64,000 bases of DNA, from NCBI RefSeq assembly GCF_009914755.1, contig NC_060929.1. One strand, given 5' to 3'. How positions within the stretch are numbered: position 1 is the first letter of the stretch; each line of letters starts with the position of its first letter. This document shows positions 28,950 to 44,146 of the stretch, piece after piece. This DNA comes from the human T2T-CHM13v2.0 reference genome, Homo sapiens. The notes below the pieces were generated by a model, which had not been told where the DNA came from, ran no database searches, and saw only the letters and a list, made by a program, of their open reading frames with translations. The translations under genes were made by a program, and so were the position numbers.

Positions 28950-29665
28950 TGTTAGGGTACAGAGAACAAGATCCCAAAGTATGGGGCTTTGGCATTCTGA
29001 GCATATTAGAATTAGAAGGCCTTAGGGGCTGCCTCAGCAAAAACATTCTAATCTTTTATTTCTTCTTCCCTCAAGGGCAGGAATAGGCTCTCTCTGGCAT
29101 TTCCTTATCTGACAAAGGAAACTTCTTTTTAAAAGAAAGGCAATTGTCTTAAGACCCCCTCCCTAGGAATATCATCAAATAACTAGAAAAGATTAACCAC
29201 TGGAGAAGAGAAGAGACGAAAAGCTATCACCATGCTGAGAGAGACTTTTCAATCACTCTTCTGAGGGCAGCTTCAAGAGATCATCTGAGAGACTTTATCT
29301 ACATAATAAGAAAACCTTTGTTCACAGTATAGCTCTGCCCCTCACCTTCCCATAACTTGCTGTCCCATTCAGTTTCCTAAAAGAATAATTTACAAGATAA
29401 CATCTACCTCTTGGATTTATTCAATTCCACTAAAAATCATTTAGAACCCCTCAAATTGTCTATATTTTCCCTTCTCCTTTTCTCTTATGAAGAGGGTATG
29501 TAAGCCTCATCTACTGTGTATTCTTTGAGTTTCGTATTTTATATGGCTTCCATGCTTATGCACATTAACAAATGTCTATGAATTTTCTCCTATTGTTTCT
29601 TGTCAGTCATTGCAGTGAACCTTCAGAGAGCAGCAGAGGGAGGGGCATTTTCCTTCTACCCTACA
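28950..29665 (+). mobile_element. Solo ERV1 LTR (MER34/MER39-like), same family as 21565-22281
   Basis: TG...CA termini. Collinear with 21565-22281 (caattgtcttaagac, ctaggaat.tcatcaaataa, gagggcagctt, cccattcagtttccta). Confidence 0.82.
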
Positions 29666-29757
29666 GTTCTAAACTGTACTTGTTATATGTATGTTTGTAG
29701 AAGGTATTGTTGGTGTTTCTGGAACATGATTTGTTCATTAAAGCATTTTAAATGTTT

Positions 29758-30404
29758 TGAAACCACCTTTGCAAAATTATGACTGAGACAGTGAAAGAGA
29801 TCTAACCTAACTGACACCATCTTGCTTCTAACATTTAAGCCTTCCTGGGTGTAAGCTGAACTAACTTTGGGAGGTACTTAGTTTATAGTTTAAAACAAAG
29901 ATAACAGTGCTTTCCCAAAACAAACCTCCTTCTATCTTGGGGATTAGACTACTAACATCAGCTGCAAGATTAGAAATTACAGTTTAGGAGTCATGCAGTT
30001 GGAGGCTACAAGATTCTGACCCTCCCTAGACTGCTCCTAAGATCAGCACTTGAGATATTTTGGAGACCCTACACTTGATGGATCAACTGGCACCACCAGA
30101 TCAATAAACTGGCTCATCTGATCTTGTGACCCTCATCCAGGAACTGATTCCGCAATAAGACAGTAACGCCCTATGATTTAATCTCCAACCCAACCAATCA
30201 GCACTCCCTGACTCACTGCCCTTCCCCGCCCACCAAATTGTCTTTAAAAACTCTGATCCCTGAATGCTCTGGCAGACTGATTTGAGTAATAACAAAACTC
30301 CAGTCTCCCGCACAGCAGGCCCTCTTTCTATATCGCAATTCCCTTGTCTTGATAAATAGGCTCTGTCTAGGCAGCAGGCAAGGTGAACCCATTGTGCAGT
30401 TGCA
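29758..30404 (+). mobile_element. LTR8 solo LTR
   Basis: tgaaaccacctttgcaaaattatgactgagacagtgaaagagatctaac...ggcaaggtgaacccattg..cagttgca. TSD gttt/gtct. Confidence 0.9.
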
Positions 30405-31334
30405 GTCTTTCCTTACAGTCTTGTTTATAATACTTCAAAAATAGAGGTACAATTTGCATAGGAAACGTAAAATATAACTTATTTCTGTTTAAATGTTTGT
30501 ATTACTAATTGACAAAGTTTAAAGTGATGGAAAGTTATCGTAAGAAGAATAGCATTTCTGAATAAGGAATAGAATTCCAGTTTGTGTTATTGATGTTTTC
30601 ACTCTCTGGTGAGCATGTGAAAAACTCATTTTGTTATCACTCAGCCTCTAGAGATACTTAATTTAAGCCCAAAAGATACTTTCTTTAACAATGTCCTTCA
30701 TTATACTTTAGATGCCAATCCCTGAAGAACATTCTTATTATAACTCTTCAGGAAAATGCAGATCGAGAACTGCCGTCATGACCCATAAAACTGGCATAGA
30801 CTTATAGAAAATTCTTGGACAAATATATTCCTGCTAAGAAAGTATTTTCCTGAATGATTCTGCTAATCAGTTACCATTCAATTTGTAATAAATATATATA
30901 AAATAACTAAGATATTTCCAGCTTAAACTAATTTCATTTACAGTTGATTTATAGGGCAGTATTGTGATCTCAATTTAATATTTTATTTCAGAAATTATTC
31001 TCAGAATGTTCAGAATTTTTTAAAAAAGCTTTCCCTTGAGAATCACTGTGACCTCAAGGACAGTAAAAAATTATAGATACAACTATGATTTTATTTTTGA
31101 ATATGATATATCATTTTTGGAATCTGGACTTGATGGAATACAATGAGGTAGAATGGTGAACCAGGTCTTTTCTAGAGGGCTTTAATTTTTACAGCAAGTG
31201 AAAATTAAGCAGCCTAACATCTAAACTAAGTTTCATTTTTTCTCCTTGTTTCTAACTGTTCTTTTCCTTGGTATTTTCTTTGTTTCTCTGATATCACAAT
31301 GAAACTAAATTAATAACAAATGAAATATATTGAA

Positions 31335-31730
31335 GAAATCCTCAACGGATGAATGGATAGACAAAACATTGCATACCTGTACAATGGAACACTATTTAGT
31401 CATAAAAAGAAATGGAATATTGATTGGTGTTACACAGGGACGAATCTTAAAAACATATGCCAAGAAAAAAAAGCCAGACACAAAAGGCCACATTCTGGGT
31501 GATTCCTTTTATATGAAATGTTCAAAATAAGCAAATATATGGAGACAGAAAACAGATTAGCAGCTACTAGGAGCAAAGGGGAGAAAGGAATGAAGAGTGA
31601 CTACTAATGGGCACTGGATTTCTTGCTGAGATGCAGGAAATGTCCTGGAATTATAGTGGTGATAGTTTCACAGCTTTGAAAATATCCTAAAATCCACTGA
31701 ATTGTACATCTTGAAAAGATGTGTATTTTT
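31335..31730 (+). mobile_element. L1MB 3' end fragment
   Basis: gatgaatggatagacaaaa...aagccagacacaaaaggccaca...ccactgaattgtaca. Confidence 0.8.
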
Positions 31731-31846
31731 TGGTATTGGGTGAAATGTTATATCAATTCAGTAATTTTGTTTGATTGTATTATTCAAGTCTTTTATATCC
31801 CTATTGGTTTCTTATCCTCTATTTATTAGATTATTTCATTTCCATT

Positions 31847-32136
31847 ATTTTATTATTTATTTATTTCTCAAGACAGAGTCTTGCTTCGTCACCCAGGCTG
31901 GAATACAGTGGAGCAATCTGCAACTTCCGCCTCCTGGGTTCAAGCAATTCTCCTGACTCAGCCTCCCAAGTAGCTGCGATTACGGGCATGCACCACCACA
32001 TGTGGATACTTTTCTTTTCTTTTGTATTTTTAGTAGAGACTGGGTTTCACTATGTTGGCCAGGCTGGTCTTGAACTCCTGACCTCAAGTAATTTGCCTGC
32101 CTCGGGGATTACAGGCGTGAGCCACTGTGCCCAGCC
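31847..32136 (-). mobile_element. AluS
   Basis: Antisense Alu with small deletions. TSD TCATTTCCATT. Confidence 0.93.
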
Positions 32137-32286
32137 TCATTTCCATTCTTTAAAAATTCTCATGTATATATCTGTACCTTTTTTTGATTTCATTGGTTTT
32201 TGCTTCATATATTTTGATGCTCTGTTTTCAGGTGCATTCATATTTAGGATTATTACATCTTCTTGATGAATTGAACCTCTTTATTT

Positions 32287-32596
32287 TTATTTACTTATTT
32301 ATTTGTTTTTTCTTGAGCTGGAGTCTCACTCTGTCACCCAGGCTGGAGTGCAGTGGCACAAACTAAGCTCACCACAACCTCCGCTTCCTGGGTTCAAGCG
32401 ATTCTTCTGCCTCAGCCTCCCGAGACTGGGATTACAGGTGTGCACCATAATGCCCAGCTAAATTTTTTTGTATTTTTAGTAGAACGAGGTTTTGCCATGT
32501 TGGCCAGGCTGGTCTCGAACTCCTGACCTCAAGTGATCTGCCTGCCTCGGCCTCCCAAAGTGTTGGGATTACAGGCGTGAGCCACTGCACCTGGCC
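32287..32596 (-). mobile_element. AluS (Sx/Sz-like)
   Basis: Full dimer. TSD approx AACC(C)TCTTTATTT. Confidence 0.93.
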
Positions 32597-32936
32597 AAAC
32601 CCTCTTTATTTCCAAAGAAAATTACGCCTGGCACATTTTAATCAAATTGTTGAACACTGGCAACAAAGAAAATATTAAAATATTAAAAGCAGCCAGTACT
32701 GATAAGAATGTTCACAGACCTTTTGTCAGAAACTATGTAGTTCCTCTTTATCTCTGGCAATACTTCCTGTCCTTGTCCTTGTCTACTTTGATATTAATGT
32801 AGCCAATCCTGCTTTGTAATTTATGTTTATATGTTATATTATTTTCATTCCTTTTAACCCATCTGTGTTGTTATATTAAAAATGCACTTCTAGTATACAG
32901 CTGCCCTTTTAAACCAATCTAACAATCTCTGTTTTT

Positions 32937-33248
32937 TATGTATTTATTTATTATTTATTATTATTTTTGACAAGAATCTTACTGTGTCACCCAGGCTGGA
33001 GTGCAGTGATGTGATCTCGGTTCACTGCAACCTCCACCTCCTGGGTTCAAGCAATTCCCATGCCTCAGCCTCCTGAGTAGCTGGGATTACAGGCGCCTGC
33101 TATCATGCCTGGCTAATTTTTGTATTTTTAGTAGAGACGGGGTTTCGCCATCTTGCCCAAGCTAGTCTTGATCTCCTAACCTCAAGTGATCTGCCCTCCT
33201 CAGCCCTCGAAGTGCTGGGATTACAGGAGTCAGCTACCGTGCCTGGCA
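32937..33248 (-). mobile_element. AluS (Sx/Sz-like)
   Basis: Full dimer with (TTTA)n tail. Confidence 0.92.
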
Positions 33249-33566
33249 CATCTGCTTTTTTATTGGTGTGTTTAGACTATTTCCATTTTACATAATTAAA
33301 ATTTTATAACATCTTTTTTCCTGCTGTTTGTTTCATTTGTTGTTTTCTCTTCCATTTTTGACTTTTTTTTTGAATTTACTAGTTATTTTAAGTATTCTAT
33401 TTTATTTCCACAATTGGGTTTATTAGTTTATGTCTTATATTTACTTCATTAAAATTTGCTCTAGGGAAGTGGTAATGAAAGTTTTTAATTAAAAAAATGA
33501 GAAAATAAGTATTTTATATTTACCTGTGAATTTACCATTTCTGACATTCTTCCTTCCCATGTAGAT

Positions 33567-34134
33567 CAGGGCAACACACAAGAAAGTGTGCCACCTGCTT
33601 TTGTAAATAACTTTTATGGAATGCAAACTCATTCATTCATTCACATATTGTAGGCTGTGGTCTGAATGTTTGTGTCCCTCAAAAACTCATGTGTTGAAAT
33701 CCTAACCCTCCAAGTGATGGTATTTGGAGATGGGGTCCTAGGGAGGTGATTAGTTCATGAGGGCTCTGCCTGTATCAGTAGAATTAATGCCCTTCTACAA
33801 GAAGTCTGAGAGAGACTTCTAGTGCTTTCTGTCTGCCATGCGGGACATCATCTATGAATAGGAAATAGGTCCTCATCAGATACCACATCTATTGGCACTT
33901 TGATCTTGGACTTCTCGACCTCTAGAACTGTGAGAAATAAATTTCTGTTGTTTAATAGCCACCCAGTCTATGAGATTTCTATTGTACCAGCATAATACAG
34001 ACTAAGATATTGTATACAGCTACTTTCATGCCACTATGGCAGAGTTGAGTACTTGCAGCAGAATCTGTGCAGCCCATAAAACCTACTTTTTAACTATTTA
34101 CTGATTCTATATGGAAAATGTTTGCTGAACCCTG
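33567..34134 (+). mobile_element. MER58A split by MLT1A
   Basis: CAGGG...CCCTG termini. 8-bp hAT TSD atgtagat/gtgtagat. Confidence 0.88.
33653..34009 (+). mobile_element. MLT1A-like MaLR solo LTR
   Basis: ggtctgaatgtttgtgtccc...gaactgtgagaaataaatttctgttgttta...gactaaga. 5-bp TSD TTGTA. Confidence 0.9.
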
Positions 34135-34346
34135 GTGTAGATTCAAGCTTTCAATTTATTTATTTACTAATTTTTTTGCCAAAGAACATCTCTTAACAAT
34201 TTGGACTGTAGGCCTACTGGTAATGATTTCTCCCAGCGCAGACCTACAATGGTGTAGGCCCAGGCCAGTAGTTTTCTGCCTTCTCCTTAGCATAGAGGAC
34301 ATCTTCTCTTCTCTTTCCCCACCTGCAGTAGATTTTAAGCTGTGGG

Positions 34347-35115
34347 GATAACAGTCTTTGCTACCCTTCCTTTGTAGTCCTAAGGCTTTTGTTCCACAGG
34401 GAAGAAGGATCTGGACAGGGTTGCTTGACTTACCTGCTTTATTGATGCCCAATCTTGATCTTTGATTACCATGTAGAAATCTGCAGAAAAGATCCTGTGA
34501 GGGGGTGCAAACTCTCCTTGAGTCTGTGGATGCAGGAGTTCTAGTCTCTCACACTCACCTGCATGTGTGGCCTTTAGTACCTTGCTAAAACTTTTAGCTT
34601 ACCCGCTTGTATGCTGGTTCATATATCTCCTGTGTTCTGCTCCTGATGAGTCAGTTCTCATGCCCAAGCATTTCTTGGAAGTGCCTGACTTTCCTTAGAT
34701 TTTTAGTCTAGTTGATTTTGTGGAACTTTAACTCTTCAATTGGTTCATTAAACAGTATGTTTTTGTAGATTTTATACAAAATAGCCACCTGGTCTATGAT
34801 ATTTCTGTTATAGCAGCATTCTATAGGCTAAAAGGATACAAACTCCCTTTGCGTCAATGGGTCCCAGGAGTTCCTCTGAAGTTCCTGTGGATCCTAGGAG
34901 TGTCTCAGAACTCCAGAGGACCTCCTGGGACCCAGAGATACAAGGGGAGTTTGCACCCCCAGTAGGCTCTTTTCTGCAGATTTCCACATGGTAATCAAAG
35001 ACCAGGATGGGGTATCAATGAAGTCAGGTCAAGTCAGGCAGCCCTGTCCAGATCCTTCTCCCCTGTGGAATAAAAGCCTTAGGACTACAAAGGAAGAACA
35101 GCAAAGACTGTTATC
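34347..35115. repeat. Fold-back duplication block (34347-34541 inverted at 34919-35115; hairpin 34834-34959)
   Basis: Direct reverse-complement alignment, about 80-85% identity by eye. Confidence 0.9.
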
Positions 35116-35488
35116 TTCGGACTTCTTTTTGTTAGGGCTAAAGCAAAGTTCTTTCCAGATGTCGACCACCTAAGCACAAGCAAGAAGCCCAATTATTTCT
35201 TCATATGTGTTTTTTCCATTCTCCTCCTTTTCTCTAGTCCTTCTAGGACTCTAATGACATGCATGCTAGAAAATGTAGTATCTTTTCCCAGGTCATTGCT
35301 TTACTCTTTTATTTTTTTCTCTCCGAACTTGATTTTGGGTAGTTTCTGTTATTTTATAGTTCCCTGATCTTTTGTTCTACAGTGTCTAATCTATCTGTCC
35401 TGTTCCTTGAGATTTTTGTTTTTGGTACTTCCTGTTTTCTTAATTTTCCATTTTTCTTGTTTTTATTCTATCTGTTTTCACACAGTTA

Positions 35489-36414
<926 letters not shown>

Positions 36415-39397
36415 TACCTTCTTTTATTAAAAAGTCAGGTTTATTAAAATATAATTTATATACAATTAATCTTATTCTTTCAACATGCTCAGTTCAGTAA
36501 GTTTTGACAAAGGTATATAATCATGTAATTGCCACCACAATCAAGAAACATTTTCACAAATTAAGAATGCTCTTAAGTCCACCAAAGTCCAAAGCGATTT
36601 AATCACCTTGCAAAGTTTTTTCCTGCTCCATTGCAACAAATTCCCTATCTCTACCTCTGGCCCTTGGCAACCTCTGATCTGTTTTCTGTCCCCATAATTT
36701 TGCATTTTCTGTCACTTTAAGTACAGGGGATAATGTTGTGTGTAATCTTATGTGTCTGGCTTCTTTCACTCAATGCTTTGGTGATTCTTGTTACGACATG
36801 TATTAGTGATTCATTTCCTTTAATTGCTGAGTAATACAATAGGTATTTGAATGTCCTTGTCTGCTAATTTCATCATCTCTGTGATTCCCAAATCTCTTTT
36901 TATTTACTGATTTTTTTTTTCTTCCTGGAAATGGGTCACATATTCCTTCTTTTGTTGCCTGAGTGGTAATTTCCGATTGGATCTCAGACATCGTAAATGT
37001 TGTCCATATGTATAATGTGTTGTATTTACTTAGATAGCCACTATTGGCCTTTTGCCCTGAAGGGAATTACAGTTCTGGCATAGCCCTTTCATTTAAAGCC
37101 TTTTTAAGGATATGTATGTTGTAGTCTTTACACTAGGGCTAATTTAGCTCCCCCACTACATTACTGTTGTTTAGGGTCTCTACTTTAAGCTCCATGTATT
37201 TGGCAAGGTCTCTCCATTCTGGCTTGTGAGGCCTTGGATGAGTCCAAGCCTTGTGTGAGCCCTTGGAATTGTTTGGCTTATAGCTCTCCAGAATATTTTC
37301 TTTTCCTGAAAATTGTTCTTCACCTGCCTATTTTACCCTCGGAGTGAACAACTTAGTATTTGGCCAAAGACTCCAAAGGTCCACAGATGTATGGAGATTT
37401 TTCTCTGTGTAGTTCCTTCCTCTTATTACTCTGTGCTGTAAGTTCCCACCTTATTAGCATCTCCATCTCCTCTACTCACTGAGAGACCATCAGGTTCTCT
37501 TTGCATCCCACTTCCTTGTCTAAAAATTGCTTAGAAGTAGAAATATGGGGTAATCAAAAGAATGATTTCATTTTTTTCTCTTTCTTTTAGGGATTTTAGT
37601 TAAGTAGTACTTACAGTTTAATGGCTGCAAAGAGTGATTTCATATGCATTTGCCCAGTTTTCTAATTGTTTATGGTGTAAGACACCCCTCCTGACCTTTG
37701 ACAGAAGTCCTTTATGATGTTTTTTGATAAGCAGAATTTCTTATTTTTAATATAGTTAATATCACTCTTTTTCTTCATGATTTTTGCTTCCTATGTCGTA
37801 TATAAGATACTCTGTTTTCTTCTAAAGGTTTTAAAGTTTTGTCTTTCACATGTATGTGCCTATCACTCTAATATTGATTTCTATGTGAGGTATCGATTCC
37901 TTATTTTTTCACTATAGATTACCAATTATCCTACCACTATTTCTTGAACAGTCAATCCTTTACTTGCCATTCTGCAATGCTGGCTTGGCTGTGTATCAGA
38001 TTTCTGCGTGTGCCTGTGACTATTTCTTAACTTACCAGTCTATTGCATTTGTTTCTTTATCTACTAATCCATCCTATTCCTTCACCACATTGATTTAATT
38101 ACTGAATTTTATATTGAAGTCTTGCGTCATGTAGGGGAAGTCCTTTTGTTTTCTTTCATTAGTGTCTTAGAAATGCTTTAATCTTTATTCTTCCACATTT
38201 TAGAATTACTATCAAATTCCATAAAATATAGTGTTGAAATCCCATTTTGAATTGCATTTTGGGTACATTGCTTTTTTTTTTTTAACTAATTTTTATATCA
38301 ATAAACATGGTATGCTTTGCCATATATCTAACTCTTCTGTAATATATTTTTTTCACAGTTACATACAGGTCTTGTACATGTTTTGTTTGATTATTCCTGG
38401 GTAGTATATCTCTTTGTCACTCCTAAAAATTACATCATTTAAAATTTATTTTCCAATTGTTTTCAGCTAATGCACAAAATATTCATTATGCTTTTTATCC
38501 TATATGCAGAAACCTTGCACTTATTAATTCTAATATTTTATGTTTACTTTTTCTGAGCTTCCTGTAGACAATTATATCATTTTTAAATGATTACAGCATT
38601 GTGTATACATTGACAATTCTTATGATGGTTTTTCTTATTCCATTTCTAGAACTTCTAGTATAGTGTTGTAGTGAAGTATTGATAGTGGGCATCCTTGCAT
38701 TCCTCATATTTTAAAGGAAATGTTCTTAAGACTCAACACTGAGTTTAAAATTCGTTGTAGAATTTTCATCATTTTTATTGAAGCAGAACATATATTAAGA
38801 GAAGTTCTCAAGTGATAATTGTACAGGTGGATAATGTTTACGATATGAACACATACTTGAAAGTATCACTCTTTATAATTATTTTTGTTTCTGAGTCCAT
38901 AAATTGATCCCATCGAGTTCATGAATATATTCTTCTAAAAGCTTTATTATTTTACTTATTACATATAGACTCACAATCTTTCTGATATTAATTTGTTATG
39001 GTGTGATGTACAGTTTATTTTCATTTTTCCCACATGAACATATAAATTATCCAGCACCATTTATTGGAAAGACTCTATTCCTTCCCTACTATCTGCACTG
39101 TCAATTTTTGCCATATTTCGAGTGGTCATGTATTTGTGGATTTGTTTCTAAACGCTTCATTCTGTTCCATTGATTCATTTGTCATTTTGCTTGGACACCA
39201 CATTGTTGTAATTACTACAACTTTATGAAGAGTCTTAATATCCTCTAGAATACTTCCCTCCAGCCCCCAGATAGTCTGGGCTATTCTTACCTTTTTCAGA
39301 GAATCAGGTTGTCAGTTTCTACAAGTATCTGTGCTAGGGTTTTGATGGGAATTTTCCTGAATTTATGAAGCAATTTGGAGAAAATTAATTTTCACAG

Positions 39398-40308
39398 ATT
39401 GCTATTGTGAACAGTGCTGTGATGAACATACTAGTGCATGTTTCTTTTTGTTAGAATAATTTGTTTTCCTTTGGGTATATACCCAGTAATGGTATTGCTG
39501 GATCGAATGATAGTTCTGTTTTAAGTTCTCTGAGAAATCACCAAACTGTGTTCTACAGAGGGTGAACTAATTTACATTCCCACCAGCAGGTCATAAGAGT
39601 TTCCTTTTCTCCACAACCTCATCATCATCTGTTATTGTTTGAGTTTTAAATAATAGCCATTCTGATTTGTAGGAGATAGTATTTCATTGTGGTTTTGATT
39701 TACATCTCTATAATGATTAGTGATGTTGAGCATCTTTTCAGATATTTGTTGGCTGCATGTACATCTTCTTTTGAGAAGTGTCTCTTCTTATCCTTTGCCC
39801 ATTTTAAAGATGGGATTATTTGTTTCTTTCTTGTTAAGTTCCTTATAGATTCTGGATATTATACCTTTGTCAGATGCATCGCTTAAGAATATTTTCTTTC
39901 ATTCTGTAGGCTATTTACTCTGTTGATAGTTTCTTTTGCTGTACAGAAGCTCTTTAATTAGGGCCCACTTGTTGATTTTTTTGTTGCAATTGCTCATGGG
40001 GACTTAATCATAAATTTTTTGCCCAGGCCAATGTCCTGAATGGTATTTGCTAGGTTTTCTTCTGGAATTTTTGTAATTTGAGGCCTGACATTTAAATCTT
40101 TAATCCATCTTCAGTTAATTTTTGTATGTGGTAAAAGGAAGGGGTCCAGTTTTACTCTTCTGCATATGGCTAGCCAGTTATCCCAGTGTACTCCCACCAC
40201 TCACTATATACAAAATTGGGAGTCTTTTTCCCATTGCTTGGTATTGTTGACTTTGTTGAAGATCAGACGGTTTTAGGTGTGCAACTTTATTTCTGTGTTC
40301 TCTGTTAT
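39398..40308 (-). mobile_element. Younger L1 (L1PA15/16 or L1PB-like) ORF2 fragment
   Basis: Collinear with 52005-52925 (tttgggtatatacccagtaatgg; cttttgctgtacagaagctc; ctgcatatggctagccagtt). Confidence 0.85.
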
Positions 40309-40377
40309 TCGATTATTTTGGATTAATTCTTTGCATGCAATCATATAATTTACCAACTATGACAGTTTTATTGCTTT

Positions 40378-40460
40378 CTTTCTAATCTTATTTCTTTCTA
40401 ATCTAATCTTTCTAATCTTATCTTTCTAAACTAATCTTTTCTAATCTTTCTTTGTAATCC
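40378..40460. repeat. Degenerate TTTCTAATCT tandem repeat
   Basis: About 6 copies of ctaatct. Confidence 0.75.
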
Positions 40461-41937
40461 CTTTTCTTGTTTTATCATGCTGATTAGGTCCTCCAATGCA
40501 ATGTTAAAGTGATAAAATGTGTCATTACTCATCTCAGTGAAAAGCTTTCAATATTTTACCATTAAATATTGGATAGGTATTTTGTACATTTTATCTAAGG
40601 TTGTTTACTTTTATTCCATGTTTTTGTAACATAACACATTGAATTTTATCAAGTACGTTATACATTTATTGAGACATTTAACTTTTCTTATTTGTTTTGT
40701 AAATGGAGTATATTATACTCATTGATTTTTCAGTGTTAAACCAAACATATATTGTTTGATGGTAATGTGTATATGTAATTTATTTGTGAATTTGAGGAAG
40801 TTTTTATCAGTGTTCCTGCCTTGGTGTGACTTTATTTATCCTGCTGAGTTTGAACCACATTTCTGGAATCCTTACCTTCATATCTTTTATCAGTTTGGAG
40901 AAAATCTTTTTATTATCACTTTATACATTCTTTTCCACATATTCTCCTTTCTTCTTGGACTTCAGTTATACATGTTAGACTTTTAATCATGTCTCATATA
41001 TCTCATATTCTTTACTCTTTCTCTCATATTTTGTCTTCCAATGCTTCAGACTTAATATTTTCTTATGACTTTCTTCTATCACTTACTCTTCCCTAAGTTG
41101 TTTTTAATCTATAATGGAACCCAACAATTTAGTCACAATATCTGTTATTGAATTTTATAACTCTTGAATTTCAATTTTTCTTTTACAGTTATTATTTGCT
41201 AAAAATTTTTTATTTATTCACAGTTTCTTGGCCACATTAGTAACAGTTTTTATAAAATCTATGTGTCTTAACTCTAATAACTAGGTTCTCTATGATTTTT
41301 TTACAGATTTGTTTTTTCCTTTTAATTTTTCTGAGTTATAATTATTTTGTAATTGTGGTTATTTTTGATTGAATGCTGGGAATTTGTATGAAAACTTTTA
41401 GGATAATTTGGATCTGTGACTCATGTTATCTTTTTCTAAGGAGTATTTACTTCTATTTCTGGTAGGTACTTAGGATAGAGGTAGACCACCTAATCCAGAG
41501 ACTGGGCTTTTTTGTAAATGCTGATCTCCTTTTTGGGTATAGTCTTTCCACAATTTCAAATGAAAGTCAGAGATGTTTACAAAAAGCCCTCCTTGGCATG
41601 TCCTAAAATCAATTTTTTGTCTCTCCAGCCCATGAAATTTAAAAATCTCTGTTCAGATTCTCAGTCACTCTGCAGGGACTTTCATATGTACAATTGCCTC
41701 AAGGGGAATAACTGAGCCACACATCTGGCCTGCCTAAGTGGTATTTATTTACCCCTGAATTTTAGCTACTCACATTCTTACTGCCTTGTTAGCTTTTTGA
41801 TACTTGTAAACAGATGTTTGTAAATATTGTTTTCATCTTTTTTGGTTATTTTTATCAGAAAGGATTAGTTTGAAAGAAGCTTATCTGCCTGATATTCCAT
41901 TAACATGCTGCAGGTTTTTAATTTCATTACATTTTCT

Positions 41938-41962
41938 TCTCTCTCTCTCTATGTCTCACTCA

Positions 41963-42008
<46 letters not shown>
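41938..42008. repeat. (TC)n(TG)n microsatellite
   Basis: Seen directly. Confidence 0.95.
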
Positions 42009-42011
<3 letters not shown>

Positions 42012-42252
42012 GGTAGACCTTGAAGATATTGTGGATTCAGTTCCAGACCACAGCAATAAAAGTGAATATTGCAATAAAGTCACACAATATTTTTGTTTTC
42101 CCAGTACAAATAAAAGTCATGTTTACACTGTAGACTATTAGGTGTGCAATAGGATCAACTCTTAAAAACGTATATACTGTAATTAAAAAATATTTGCTAA
42201 ATTGCTAAATAAATTGCTAAAAATACTAATGATCATTTGAGCCTTAATTGAA

Positions 42253-44146
<1,894 letters not shown>

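Larger units (their letters stand above)
31735..35485 (-). mobile_element. Old L1M (ORF2 start/ORF1) backbone with nested insertions
   Basis: Antisense L1M motifs between the Alus (ttttgcttcatatattttgatgctctgtt..aggtgca; gtaggcctactggtaatga). Confidence 0.6.
36425..41900 (-). mobile_element. Mosaic of old antisense L1M (MC/ME-type) fragments
   Basis: T-rich antisense L1 3'UTR, ORF2, ORF1 and 5'UTR motifs. Boundaries approximate. Confidence 0.6.
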
